Of a DNA stretch of 64,000 nt, positions 12,690 through 25,535 are shown piece by piece (positions within the stretch are counted from its first letter, which is position 1; each line of letters opens with the position of its first letter). The translations under genes and the position numbers were made by a program. The stretch is from Camelus dromedarius (taxonomy: Eukaryota), in contig NC_087437.1 in assembly GCF_036321535.1 (NCBI RefSeq), positions 19,780,001 through 19,844,000 of the forward strand, read 5' to 3'. A model generated the notes under the pieces. It was not told the DNA's origin and did not search any database. It worked only from the letters and a program-made list of their open reading frames with translations.

Positions 12690-13075
12690 GGATGCATTTT
12701 AATAGGGGGTTCAGGATGGTCTCAGTGAGATGCTGACATCGAGCAAAGATGTGATGGAGGTGGGGGAGGGAGGGAGCCACATGGATGCAGGGAAAGAGCA
12801 TCCAGCTAATGGGACAGTAAGTACAAAGGTCCACAGTAGGCCATGTGCCTGGCGTGGCTGCGTCTGAGGGAGGGCGAGGAGGCTGTTGTGACTGGAGGAG
12901 AGTGAAGGATGGGGGAGGAGATGAGATGAAGTCAGAGCCTGGATGGGGGATGGGGGTGGGAGGTGGGCTCCTGCAGGGCCTTGCAGCCATTGTAGGGACT
13001 TCGCAGTGCAGGAGTTTGAGTAGAGGAGTGACATGACCTGCTTGGATATTAAATGAGTACTTGGGCTGCTTGCTG
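12690..13075 (-). mobile_element. L2 fragment (left part, split by LTR)
   Basis: ggatggtctcagtgagatgctgacatcgagcaaaga...aagagcatccag...gggccttgcagccattgtagggact...gaggagtgacatgac. Confidence 0.75.
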
Positions 13076-13077
13076 TG

Positions 13078-13535
13078 TGTCACGAATTGTGAAGGGTCCA
13101 CTTCCAAGCTAATGAGTTCATCTGCCACCGTCTCATAGACGTCGGCAGACACGAGACTCCTGGTTGGAGATGAAGGGTCTTATTACTCACAGCACAGCAG
13201 GCAGCACGGCCCCAGCTTCTTGTTCATATCCACCTGCTTGGTCCCCGAGCCCTCTGGGGGCCATTCGGAGCAGCCCAGGTGGATGCCGTGCACACAGTAG
13301 GTCTGTATCACAGCGGAGGAACCCCTGAACTTAGGGACCCCAGTCTTATACGGGGCTGTTGGCAGAACTGTCCCAAGTTTGTCCTGGAGCAAGACAGTAC
13401 CTTTGTTAACTTGTTCGGGAGACAGTCTGCCCTCTGTCTAGGAAGGAGATACTATCTTTATCTTCCAAGGCTGTTTGTGTACAAACGTCCTCAAAGAGGT
13501 AGCCCAGGGCACATGGAAATGTCCCAGAGAACGAC
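13078..13535 (-). mobile_element. ERVL solo LTR (MER74/MER54-like) nested in L2
   Basis: tgtcacgaattgtgaagggtc...caagctaa...gacacgagactcctgg...ttattactcacagcacagcaggcagca matches the recalled MER74/MER54/MER73 terminus. Confidence 0.7.
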
Positions 13536-13569
13536 CGCCCCCAGCTCTGTGGTGACAGTAAACCAACCA

Positions 13570-13880
13570 GAAGGAGGCAGCAATGCCGGGCGCCCCCTCC
13601 AGAGCCTGTTGCAGTGGCCTGATGATGGTGTTCGGATGGGATCACACCGGTGTAGGTGGTGGAAAATAAAAGCTAAATTCTGGGTGTTCACTGCAGGCAA
13701 AGCCACTCGATTTCCTGACAGATCGGCTGAGGGCTGTGAGAGAAGAAAGGGGTGAGGAGGACTCCAAGGTTTGGGGGCTGAGCCAGGAAGGGTGGAATCT
13801 CTGTCTGCCAAACTGGGGCACATGCTGGGAGAGCAAGCATGGTTGGAAAGATCAGAAGTTCTGGGCGTAATGAGTGTGAT
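13570..13880 (-). mobile_element. L2 fragment (right part)
   Basis: gatttcctgacagatcggctgagggctgtgagagaagaaagggg...gactccaaggtttgggggctgagc. Confidence 0.7.
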
Positions 13881-14699
13881 TTGCCTCTGAGTAAACGGCT
13901 CAGAAAGCAAGACTGTGGGAGCTGGGCCCATTGATCTGCCCTGTCTGCGTCGCCATTTCGTCAGGAAGGAGGACTCCAGGCAGAAGATGCTTTCGGCCGC
14001 TGCTCCGCTTTTCCGGCCACTTGTCTGCTTGAGCCATTGAGGTGGACTTTCCCTTTCGGTTCCCCACCTGGCACCTGCCGGGCTGTGTGCCAGCCTAGGA
14101 GGAAGGGTGTCTGGGAGGATGCACTGACGACGTGTGCGGTCTGGGGGACTCAGGCCGTTATCCCAGGGCCGCAGCGGGGAGGGCTCCCTGGACAGGTAGT
14201 GGAGTGAAGAGCTCATTCCCAGGCTGGAGGAGGGAGGCGGCGTTCCAGAGGCAGCAAAGTGCGGAGGAGACCTGGAATGTGATTTTCTTCATTGTTTGAG
14301 CCATCTGCACGAGCTGCCTGCCAGTGATTTGGACAAGTGTCCCACTGAGGGGCTGGTGCCAGGGCCTGGGAACAGCTTTACTGCCTCATCCCGGAGTATT
14401 TATGAGCACAACGTCTATGTCAGAGATTGCTTTTCCCAAATGACCCCAACTGAGGAGGGAGAGGCTCCTCTTGGTGCCTCTGCATACCAACTGGTATATA
14501 TATTACTGTATATACACAGTGTGTGTTTGGTTTTTGCTTTGTTTTGGCTTGTTTTCTTCTCTAAGAAAGGAAGGAATAGAGTGGTTTGTGCTTTTGAGGC
14601 TGAGCAATTGATTTATGATTATAAAGTATAACCTCGGGGCATCTCTTTTCCCACATTTTTAAAGAAAAACAGTTGTCTTTCTTTCCATCCATCCCATTG

Positions 14700-14850
14700 T
14701 AGCGGCTGTTTAAGTCTTTGATCCATTTTGAGTTGATTTCTGTATATGGTGTAAGGGAGTGTTTTAGCTTCATTGTTTTACATGGTGCTGTCCAGTTTTC
14801 CCAACACCATTTGAGCGAGTGGCTGTGTTCCCTTCGAATGTGTGTCTGGA
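14700..14850 (-). mobile_element. L1 ORF2 fragment
   Basis: Translates to [35 protein letters not shown], a conserved L1 ORF2 segment. Confidence 0.85.
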
Positions 14851-15936
14851 AGATGCTTCTCATCTGGCTTGACGCCTCCACTCACATTCGCCCAACCCCC
14901 AGGTGAAAGTCCACTTGCAGGTGTGATGTGACGCTTCCCTCCACGCGACCTCAGGTCTGAGGTGGACACGTCTGGTGGTAACTACGGTAACCGTAGTGTT
15001 CATAGCAGACTTTCCTGAAGGACGTCCCTCCTGGGGGAAGTGGGGTGGGGAGTTGGCTGTAATAAGAAGCTGGGAGGGTGTCTGATTGGAGTCAGTTAAA
15101 GGAGTGTCCGTTTCCAGGGCTGCAGCCTCCTCTACGGGCAGCGTGAAGCCCCGGCTCCCTCGGGGATCTGTGGGTCCCGGAGAATCAGTGCTCTTTGGTG
15201 GCCTTGTGGGCAGGAGTGTGGAGGGATGGGTAGAAGAAAGAGGGTCTGCGGGGCACCTCAGGTTCAGGGCTCGTGGCCGCCCGTGCCTGTGCCTGGTGGG
15301 CCTCCTCTGCGGGGAGGCCCCCGTCCGTGTGTGAAGAACAGCACTTTCAGGCTGGGGAGGGGACTTAGGGGCTCGCTCCTTGGTCAGCCCCACGTCACTC
15401 CAGATAAGGAGACACCTGAGTAGAAAGTGTGTGATGGTGATGGAGACGCAGCTTCAGGGCAGGTCCTGCTACCCTCATCCTCCCCTTCCCACTGGGTGGC
15501 TGTCCTGAACCCCTGCCTTGTAGGAACTCCCACACCCACTGTGCACACACGGCACAGAGCCTAGCTCTTCACAGGTCCTGGGCACTGCTCAACAATGAGC
15601 ACTCGGGGATGATTACCCCATTGTAGGGGACCCTCAATTTCCAGGCTCTTTTATGTTACTCGTGTTTTAAGTGCTCACCAAGTCAATGGATAGCCTGTGT
15701 CCCAGTTAATGGGTTGTCACCCGTCTGTGAGACCTTGATCCTCGCGGGCACTTCTCTTCCCACTGCGAATGAGGGACCTGATCAGATGATCCTGGGTGGG
15801 GAGGGTCTCTCCATCTTTGAGGGTTTGGTTTCCTCTGTGTAGAGCCCCTCAGGGGACTCTTCCCTGGTCATGCAGGAGAAAGATCAGCCCTGCTTGCTTC
15901 CCTAAGCCTCAACCTGTCATTACAGAAGAGGGACAG

Positions 15937-16319
15937 TGTGACAGTTAATTTTATGTGTCAACTTGATGGGACCACAGTGGCCAGAGGTTTGATCAAACCA
16001 TATTCTGGATGTTTCTGTGAGGGTGTTTTGGATGAGGTTGGCATTTATGTTGGTGGACTTTGAGTAAAGCAGATGGCCTGCTGTAGTGTGGCGGGCCTCA
16101 TCCAGTCTGGTGATGGCCTGCATTGAACAAAAGTGTGACTTCCCCTGAACAAGAAGGAATTCTGTAGCAGATGGCCTGCAGAACTGAACTGGTGCTTCCC
16201 TGGGACTCCAGCCTGCTGGCTTACCTTCCAGATTTTGGGCTTGCCAGTCTCTGAATTCTCATTAGCCAGTTCCTGAAAATCTCTGTCTGTCTGTCTGTCT
16301 GTCTGTCCCTATCTATCTA

Positions 16320-16351
<32 letters not shown>

Positions 16352-16434
16352 TCCATCCATCCATACACACACACACACTCACACACACACACACCTTATT
16401 GGTTCTGTTTCTCTGGAGAACCCTGACGAATACA
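15937..16434 (+). mobile_element. MLT2 (ERVL) solo LTR containing a compound microsatellite
   Basis: TG start tgtgacagttaattttatgtgtcaacttga; end ttggttctgtttctctggagaaccctgacgaataCA; internal (TCTG)n(TCTA)n(TCCA)n(CA)n at ~16284-16393. Confidence 0.9.
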
Positions 16435-16925
16435 GAGGGCATGGTCCAGCCTTTTAAAGAAATATTTGTCAGACACATTCCCAGGCAAAGCAGTTTGAGC
16501 TTCACCCTGATTTTGATGGGAGTCACTGAAGAGTTTAAGCAGAAGGATATGATTGGATCTATTAATGGAAGGATGCTGAGGAGGGTCAGATGGTGGGTGG
16601 GGAGACTGGGAGTTGGGGGACCAGTGTACTTATCCAAGTGGGAAATGACAAATTTGGCAGTAGAAGTGGGGATGGAGAGGAGGTCCAGAGTGGGGAGATA
16701 TTTAGCCAGAGGTACTAAGAGGAATCAGAACCCATTTCACGGGGGATGAGGGAGAGTGTCTGAGTGGGTCTGGTTCCTGGGTACCCTGGGGATGCCAGTG
16801 CCTGACGGTACAGAAGAAGGAGAATTGGGCTGGAGCATGGGTAGGGGAAGGTGCTGAGTTTTCTAGGGGGGCAGGTCGAATTGTGCTCCCTTATCCTGAG
16901 GGAGGTGCCCAAGGAGCATAGATCT
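16435..16925 (-). mobile_element. L2 fragment
   Basis: ggagtcactgaagagtttaagcagaagga...ggcagtagaagtggggatggagagg...gctgagttttctagggggg. Confidence 0.6.
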
Positions 16926-18327
16926 GAGAGATGTCACAACTCGTTGGGAGGTGGGGTTGAAACCCTGTGGAATGTGTGGAGCTTGTCCGTGTTTGCCACA
17001 GAGCATCATTCCCATGGGAGAGCTATCTGAGTGCCTTGCTGGGGACGCACCCAGCCTGGGTCTTCACCCAGGGGCCCCACACAAAGGGTAGGTTAATGCT
17101 GAGCGGAGACATTCAGTACCTGCCACCATAACTCAGCAAAGGTGTTGAACACCATCTGGTGCCAGCCAAGAAAAACAAATAGAAAAAGACTCTGAGTCCC
17201 CACCCTAGAGGGAGGCGGTGTCCGGCTTGTGATGGAGGGGAAAGGGGAGGGGGGCTTTCCGTGTGTGAGCACTTGTGTACTCAGGTAGAAACCTCATGCG
17301 TGTACACACATGCATCTATGAATAACTGATGCCCTGTGGGCCGTGTCCCGCCAGGGATGACAGATCCAAGGCCAACAGGCTCCGAGCTTTCTGGTGTGAC
17401 CAGGAACCGCGTCCCTCCTCCCGAGGCTGACCGGCTTCTGAGGCAGGACTCTGACACCAGGGTTATAAATGTATCTGTCCGGGTGCATTATCTAAATTGT
17501 TATGGATCACCCTGGGTAATGGCACAAGTAAAACCACGGTTAGCTCAGTGAATAAATCCTCGATGTTGATCAATCATCGCAAGGCGTAGACTCCTTTAAT
17601 AGGCACAATTTACACGGAGACTTGGCAGCCTGCTCCGTCTTCTAATTGCAGATGGAAAACGGATGCCGATCTCTGCTGTGCAGTAAAAATGTAAACTCTA
17701 AATGACTTAAACGCTCGTGTGCTCCCTTCTCCACCTGGCACTCATTTCTACCTCATATTTAGATACACATAGGAGAAAAAACTACTCTCCTGCGAGATCA
17801 TAACTTTTATGACGTGGGGCTCCGAGCTTCTCCCATCTGATGCCCCCAGTGCTGCCTGGAACCACGGTTTCCCGGGGTCTCTCTCCACGGGGGAATCATC
17901 GTTTTTAGCTACGCAGACAGTCCCCTGCCTCTTAAGTGCCATGATGTTATTGCATACTCTTAAGTACTCTGAGTTACTGCCCCTGCACTCACGAATGCTC
18001 CTGTGGGCTGAAGGGACTGGAAGCTTCCAGAAGAGCTTAACTCCAGCACGGAGCCCTGACAGAAAGTGGATTCTAATGGTGGGTGTGTGCCAGTGAGGGG
18101 CAGGTCAGGAGTGTCAGGTCAACCCGGGTGAGTCAGTGATGCGGTTTACCCGCAGCCTTGCCAGGAGCCAGGCTTGTTTCCCTCTACACTTGGCTCCGAG
18201 ATACTCGCAAGCCTTGTTCTGCTGGAAAATTCTCCATCAGAGTTAGAGCCACGGGTGTGTACCTGAAGTTCTAATGCGGTCTGGGCAGGCTGTGTGTACA
18301 CGAGTGTGTCTCTATACATTGGGCCTA

Positions 18328-18458
18328 TTTTTTAAAAAAATTTTTGGGGGGAAGAGGGAGGTAATTAGGTTTATTTATTTATTTATTTATAACATGGAGG
18401 TACTGGGGATTTAACCCAGGACCTTGTGCATGCTAAGCACACACTCTACCCTTCCCCA
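18328..18458 (-). mobile_element. tRNA-Ala-derived SINE (vic-1-like), internally deleted head
   Basis: gaggtaattaggtttatttattt...tggaggtactggggatttaacccaggaccttgtgcatgctaagcacacactctacc. Confidence 0.85.
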
Positions 18459-20471
18459 CCTGTAGGGGCTAGTTTTTAATTCATGTTCCAGGAGCACAAA
18501 GGAAGTACATGTGACTCCTTGGGGATAATCCGAGGGGGTGCCATGATGTCCCTTCTAAACATCTTTACTGATCCACACGCCTCTGTACCCGCCATCCCAT
18601 CCGTAAGGATGCATTTCTTTGGGATTTAAGGCAAGAAGACCCCGTTAATATCCAGAATGGAGCCATTCTCCCTTGTTAATGCGTTAGTTCAGATTAGAGT
18701 GTGGAGCTGTTGAATGTTAACCACGAGATCACGCCATCCAACACACTTCCAGGGTAGAAGCACAAAGACCAGAGCAGACAGTTCCCGTAGCCCGGAGCTG
18801 GGACCAGGGCATCACTCTTCTGAAGACAAGTAGCCCAGAGGGGTGCTGAGGGAATGGGGTGCCCACCAGGCTGTTGTGATGGGTGAAAGTGGAAGATTAT
18901 ACCAGGAAGTCTGAGTCTCTCCAGGGTTGGGGGGCCCCGGGAGGCAGTGGGATTGGGGCGGAGCCTGTGGCTGGGGTGCAGTCTGGATGCCCAAGATAAG
19001 AGAAGGACAGAGGTCCTCTCTGCTCTGCCCATGTGTGTCCCTCACCCTCCCGGCTGACTCTAGAAGGAGCAGCCTGCTGGGTGAGTGGGAAGGAGCACAG
19101 AGGCCTGAGCCACCCCTGTGTGCACATGAGCCGCATCTCCTACGTTAATCATGTGTTGTCTCTTTGGTCTGCCTCCCCGTCCATATGGCTCCACTGAGCT
19201 CTGAGTCACCCTCCCAGGGCTCCCCTACCCGCCCTGCTGCTAGAAGTCCCACCCAGCTCCTAAGTGGGCTGATCAGCTTTTGCAGGCAGTTGTGTTGCTT
19301 CCCCTGGACTGACATGATGATCCATGTGTGACCTCTCAGCAAAAAGGGCTCAGAATGAAAACATCTTCATTTCTAAATAAGATTTTTTAATAAATCAAAT
19401 GATTAAATGTGGGCAAATCCAGGAGCATCGACAAGAAAGGTGAGAGATGTTCTTGTGCCTTTTATATATTTTACAAAGCCCCATGCATTTATGAAGCTCA
19501 GTTTGTCCTCGTGCCCTGGCCCTTCTGGTAGCATCAGAGCTGAACTGGGCACAGGGTCCCCTCCCCCTCCCCCTCCTAGAGGACGGACAGTCGGGAGGCA
19601 CAGACAGGCAGAGTCACACAGTGTCACAGTAGGTGCGAGGGCAGACCTATGTACAATGGGAAGGAAGGATCTGCAGAAAGAGAGGTGAGCCCCACCTGGA
19701 GATGGAGGCAGGTGACCCGGGAGAGGGGCCAGCTGAGCAGAGAACCAGGGGAGCTGTGTGCAGAGCCCCGGACGGCACATGGCCTGGCGTGCAGGCAGAT
19801 GCAGGGGTTCTGAGGCTGAGATGGACAGTAGGAGACATGGAGGTCGGGGCGGGGAGGCCAACAGTAAATCAGGCAAGGGCTGTTTGGAAAGAGTGCCCCT
19901 TGCCCGTCAGCCTGGAGGTCCCAGGGAATGCTGAAGGCTCGTGCAGGGGAGCGACGTCCCTGCAGAAGGACCCGCGGTGCCACTGTGGGGGGAATGGGAT
20001 GGATTTGGAGGTGGCAGTTCGGCGTCCCTAACAGTGCCAGACCCTGCGTAAAGTAGGCAGGTGCTGGTGTGACTTGTGGAATATTAATTAGATGCTTTTA
20101 CCATAAATGCGATGCTTAGCCCCATGGGAGTTAGGTCAGGGACCTCGGCAGACGGGCCCAGAAGTAGGCCCTTCAGAGAATAAGACCTATGAAATGAAGA
20201 GCCCCCTTCTGCTGCATGGGTCCTTCCCAGGGCTGGTGCCCTCAAGAGCCCACTGTGACCCCTCCAGTATAGGAAAGGTGCTGGGTAGGTGAGGAAGGTA
20301 ATGCAGAATTGGGAGGAACACGGTTCAGCCTTCCGCAGTGACCTCTGACCTTCATGGGGAGTTGTGTGTCCTGGGAGGCCCCTCCCCCCAGCCCGCTGGT
20401 CATCCCTTCTTGGCTCCCGGACCCCACCACTTGTCCAAGATCAATGGGTCAGTGAGCAGACACAGAATTAC

Positions 20472-20599
20472 CGACAATGAAAAAGAATATGAAAAATAAT
20501 ACATACATATACACATATAATGTATATAACTGAATCACTCTGCTGTGCAGAAACTAACATAACATTGTCAATCAACTATACTTCAATTAAAAAAAAAAA
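20472..20599 (+). mobile_element. L1 extreme 3' end
   Basis: acaatgaaaaagaatatg...aactgaatcactctgctgt...caactatacttcaattaaaaaaaaaaa. Confidence 0.85.
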
Positions 20600-22024
20600 G
20601 AATTTCACAGATCTCACCCCCAGGAGAAGGGAACCAGGCCCGGGACAGCAAGAGGAGAGTCTGTCCTGCGGGTAAAGGTCACCTGATCACCTACAAGGAG
20701 GGAGGCCTCACAGAGTGCTGCAGAGCCTGCCGACCAGGCACGTGATGCTGGTGGCATGGACAGGGGCAGGGGTGGCCCAGGAAGTTGGCCCCTAAGAGGA
20801 ACTCCAGGCTGTGCTGAGAGTCACTGGAAGAAAATCACAGTCTCAGAAGGGGTCTCCCTTGAAGTACCACTGGTTTGTGAGATATATTTCTGGTATGGTT
20901 GTGAAATTGTCTCTTTTATTCAAAAAATATTTAGGGGACGCCTTCTGTGTGCCAGCTCTGCCTGGCACTGGGGAGTCACGGGTGACTACCTCAGAGCCAC
21001 CCTGGCCTTTCTGGAGTGACTGAGGGATGAGGGAGATGGGGAGTGAACAGATCCCACGAAAGTGATTTAATTCCTACCAGGATACACGCCTTGATGGAGA
21101 AGCCCAGAGGCCCGTCCTCTGTGAGTCTTAGGTTTCTTCCTCAATATGGGCAGAGCTGGGAGTCAGGAGGTGAGGAAGAGGCTGGGAAGAACCTCGGTAA
21201 TTTGGAGAGGACCTAGACCAAGACTCAAGGTCACTCCCCTCCATCCTACACACCTGACCTGAGAACTGGGCTGCCTCCGGTCCCTGCCTTCTTGGCTTGG
21301 GACTGGTTCTGTTCCCGAAATGCAAATACATTGAAGAGGCAGGTGGAAATCTCTCGAAAGGAGGAAACTTGGCCTCATTTTCTTGAGTCTTAAAGAAAAA
21401 TTGCCCTTTGGCCCTGGATCAGCCCTTTCTCTGAGGCTGTGTCCCCGTTTGTAATACAGAGAGCAGACTGGATGGGCCCTCGAGGGTGGGGCTACTCTGT
21501 ATCCCTGACACTCTGGGGTGCTGGCCTCCCCGTTGTGGGGGCACCTCATGCCCCCATTCCCTCAGCAGTTCTGGGCCTGTGCGCAACACCTCTGCCCAGA
21601 TCAGCTCTGTGGGGGCGCTGCCCTGCACCCAGTGTCCCGGCCCTGGCTGCAGCTTCACAGGCAGAGGGGCAGCTGCTCAGCTTCTAGTGCCCTGAGCTGA
21701 ATCTGCTGCCACAGGGGGCCTGGAGCTGGGCACCGGGGAGCCTTCGTGGTGACGGGGCCCCCGGGAGCTCTGAGCTGACTCCTTGTTTACCAGGCGGCTC
21801 TCCCGGGATGCTGTCTCCCCGCTATTGCCCCTGCTCCGCTCCCCTTGGGCACTGCTGCTTCTTGGCAGGAGTCTGGTCCCAAAGGGAGACAGCTCAGGCT
21901 GGGATGGCGGAGCCTGGGTGTCGCCTCCACCTGGCACCAGACCTGGGGTTCTAGGCCCTGCTCTGGGTCTCAGTGCTGCCCTCCTCAGTGGCAGACAGAA
22001 TCCTGTAGGGGGATTGGAGGCAGT

Positions 22025-22245
22025 CAGCAGAGGTTAAACACTCAGATTCTGAAGCCAGAGTTCCTGGGTTCGAATCCCAGCTCCACTCACTGCAGCCAGT
22101 CTGGATCTCAGTTTCCTCATCTGCAAAATGGGTATAAGTCAAGATACCTTCCACTGAAAAGATGAGGATTCACTGAGGGAGTCTATGTAACGCTCTTAGC
22201 ACACTTCCTGATGCAGCGTTAGCACTCATTAAACTCCAGCTGCTT
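22025..22245 (+). mobile_element. MIR SINE
   Basis: cctgggttcgaatcccagctccactcac...ctcagtttcctcatctgcaaaatggg. Confidence 0.8.
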
Positions 22246-22679
22246 TGTGGCCATTTCCTCATAAGCGGTATAAAATCCGAGCGTGGAGGTGGAGTGTTCC
22301 ACATGTGGGCCTCCCACAGCACAGGGGGCCTCCTGCCTAGTTGCTTACTCTTGTCTTCCCTTGTGTCTGTCCCTCACACATGTGGACAGCCTGGGGAGTC
22401 AGGGCCCACCTCAGCTAGGTGTTCTTTTTCCCGTGAAGTGAGGCTTTCTTTTCCCTGGAGATCACTGAGGTTTAAATGAGTTTTCTGCAGCCCTCTGGGC
22501 AGCCTGGGCCCTGCCCCAGTGGAAGGTTGGTCATGAGCAGATACCCTGTGGTTCAGACAGCAGCCTGGGGATGGATGACCCCCACGCCTCACACAGCTGG
22601 GTCTGCATGACAGCATCTTGTCACTACAGATTGCCCGTTTTCTGTCTCACGGTGGTCCTGTGGGTGAAGGAAACTTCGG

Positions 22680-22872
22680 ACGTGAGCTGCACAGACCCAA
22701 ATCTCAGTTCTGTAGCCTCAAGAGAGTCACTTGGGCTTTCTGAGCCTCAGTTTTGTCATCCATAAAATGGGAGTAATAATCTTTATCTTGCAGAATTGTT
22801 TTCAGACTCAAGAGGCTGCCTATAAAGCATCTGGCACATATTTGCTGCTCAAGAAATAGCAGTTGCTATTTT
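22680..22872 (+). mobile_element. MIR SINE
   Basis: tctgagcctcagttttgtcatccataaaatgggagtaataat...ctggcacata. Confidence 0.75.
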
Positions 22873-25096
22873 TGGTAAATGAATCTGCCCAACGCCGGGG
22901 ATTTGGCCCTTTAGAATAAACTTCAGTGATCACTTACACAATTATGTGAACTAGGCAAAGAATTTTAAAGCCAGAAGGAATCATAGTCAACTTCTTGCAT
23001 TTGATGGATGAAAATTTAAGGTCCAGGGAGAGCTAGTACCTCGTATAGGCTCTCCCTGGTCGGGAACCTTGCTGTTTCTCAAATTCTTTCCCTTCAGCTG
23101 CATATTATTTGTTGCTAAACAGGAACTTTGAAAGTGACCACGATGTTCCCCGAGTAGTTTTTTTTTTCCATTTACTGTTTTGGGTCCATTCCAATTTTGC
23201 TCAGCAAAATGTTATTCGTAGGTATGCTGACCCAAACCAAAGATGTGTGCATCAGCGGTAGGCCTTGAAATAGACCCACAAAATGACGGCCGTACAGAAA
23301 GGGGACTCGCTTTTCTCCAGGTGTTTACTTTGTAAAGCGGAGGTTGGGGTTTGGCTCCTAACTCTGCTCCTCGTCCAGCCGTGTGACTTCAGCAAGGTCC
23401 TCATCCTCTCTGAGCCTCAGCTTCCCCATCCGAGATGAAAACAAACAGCACAGCCGTACAGGGGTCTGGTTATCGCTAACATTACAGGTGGTTATTTTTC
23501 ATCTCCCTCTCCCTCCAAATGGATATTGGGGGGGGGGGGTTAATAGGAGGGGTTAAATTGCTCTTCATGAGCAAAGCAGGAGGAGGAGAGAGCCATGAGG
23601 CTGAAGAGATGTCCGAGGAAGAGTTAAAAGATGTGTTTGGTGTGATATAGGATGTAGTCCTCTCTGAGATCTTCAGTAATAGCCATCTTGCTGGGTGCCC
23701 TACCTGAGGCTGGGTTTGCTTTACCGGGATAAAGGTGTCCCGATATCCTTATGGAGTGGACTCCTGCCTCCAGTGGCGTGTGGGATGCAGCTCACAGGTC
23801 ATGCAAGGAAATGATGGACTGCCCGGCCTGGGCACGCCTGGGAACGGCAGAAGTGCCACTCGCGGAGTTACACCGGATCCAGGACAATGGCCGTGGTTGC
23901 TGTTGATACTAGTAAAGGGTGTCCTTCCCCTTGGTCCAGCTGGCCTAGTCTTGCTTCCTAGAGGGGGCGTGATGGGTAGTGTGTGCAGGTCCATCCCCTC
24001 TGCAGCATCTCCCCTCACCCCCTGCATCCCCTCCAGCGGGACAGGAGGAAACTGGGGCCCTAACCCCACTGGCTCTCCTGGATGAATTCAAGCCTCCCCT
24101 CTTCAGTATTCTTAACATGAGGATAGATCGCTATGGAAAATATTGGAGTTGGGAACTATTAAAGTGTTTTCTGAAGTCAGGCTGTGGACCGCAGATTTAT
24201 AGGGGAGGGTTTTGTTAGAGGGGAAAGTGCTGAGAGCATGAAAGCCGACCATACCCAATATCTTTCCCAGACAGAAATGATATTTCAGGAGGTAAAATAA
24301 ATAGTATACGGAAGTGCTTGCAAATACATCAGCATGCCCTTTATGTACTGTGTGGGGTGTGTGTGCAAAATGTGTCCCAGGGCTCAGAAAGCAGAAAAAA
24401 ACTAAACAGATGAAAAAATTTCCTTCCCATAAAGGGCCATCTTTCCTCAGCTTCCTCTCTCTGTCACAGAGGGCTGTGGCATTTGAGGAATGGAACTGCC
24501 ACTTGTTTTCTTGTTAAGGTTGGTCACAGACACAGGAGGGGGCTGGAGTCGAAGTGACAGCCTCCCAGGGCTCTCAGTCCCCCACTGCAAGGTGACACTC
24601 CAGGGCTGGGTGGGCTCAGCATGGGACCTCTGTCCCCGAGGCCCTCCTTTGTCTATCAGCTCACTGTTCCCTAGCGGGAGTGTCTGGGCTTTAAAGCTGG
24701 CTCTTGGTTTTACAGATGGGGACAGGGGCCCTCAGAGGAGAGGTGAGGTCCCTTGCATCCACACTGCCTATGCCCCGGGCACCACCCTCCCTTCTGGCTG
24801 AGAGCCCAGGTTCCCGACCCAGCGGTGTGAGAGTGACCAGGGAGCTCCATCACACAGCCATGCATGCAGGGATGACTGTCCCTCCACTGAACGGAACTCC
24901 AGGAATTACTGCCGACGGCATCACAAATTAGATTCAGGGCTAGTGGTGGTATCGCCCCTGCAGCTGTGGATGTCCAGAGAGCTTTGAAAAACAAGTGTCA
25001 GTCTTTCTCTTGCAGTTGTCAGCTTGGAGGCTTTGTCAGAGCCAAACTGATGGAGCGGGACGGGTGGAGGAGCCGGAGAAAGGGCTTGGCCTTAGA

Positions 25097-25400
25097 TGTG
25101 GGTCCACTCGTGTCCATCCCAATTCATGTCCACCCAGAACCTCGGAAGGTGGCCTTGTTTGGAAATAGGGTCTTTGCAGGTGTAACTAGTTACAGTGAGG
25201 TTCGTACTGTGTTAAATTGGGCCCCAAATCCAACCACTGGTGTCTAGAAGCGGGAATAGGCGAGAAGAGCCCTTCCCTAGGGGCTGCAGAGGGAACACGG
25301 CCCCGACAAACTTGATTCTGGACTTCTGGCCTCTAGAGCTGAGAGAGGATATGTTTCTGTCTTTCAGCCGCCCTGTGTGTGGTTTGTTCCACGGCCCTGG
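25097..25400 (+). mobile_element. MLT1 (MLT1B/C-like) LTR
   Basis: aattcatgtccacccagaacctc...tttggaaatagggtctttgcaggtgtaa...ttgattctggacttctggcctctagagctgagagag. Confidence 0.85.
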
Positions 25401-25535
25401 ATGGGTAGAGAGGGGTTGGTCCCGGGCCTGCCTCTTTGAAGAGGGCAGATGGGGAGATGGGGTATGGGGGTTTAGCCAGGGAGTTGAGTTTGAGAAAATG
25501 AGAATGTTCCAGACTGGATCTTCTGTCTCAAAAGC

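Noticed and set aside
11418..15423. Several 150-240 aa ORFs in GC-rich DNA
   Set aside because: They overlap L2/LTR relics, occur on both strands and show no recognisable domain; expected by chance at this GC content.
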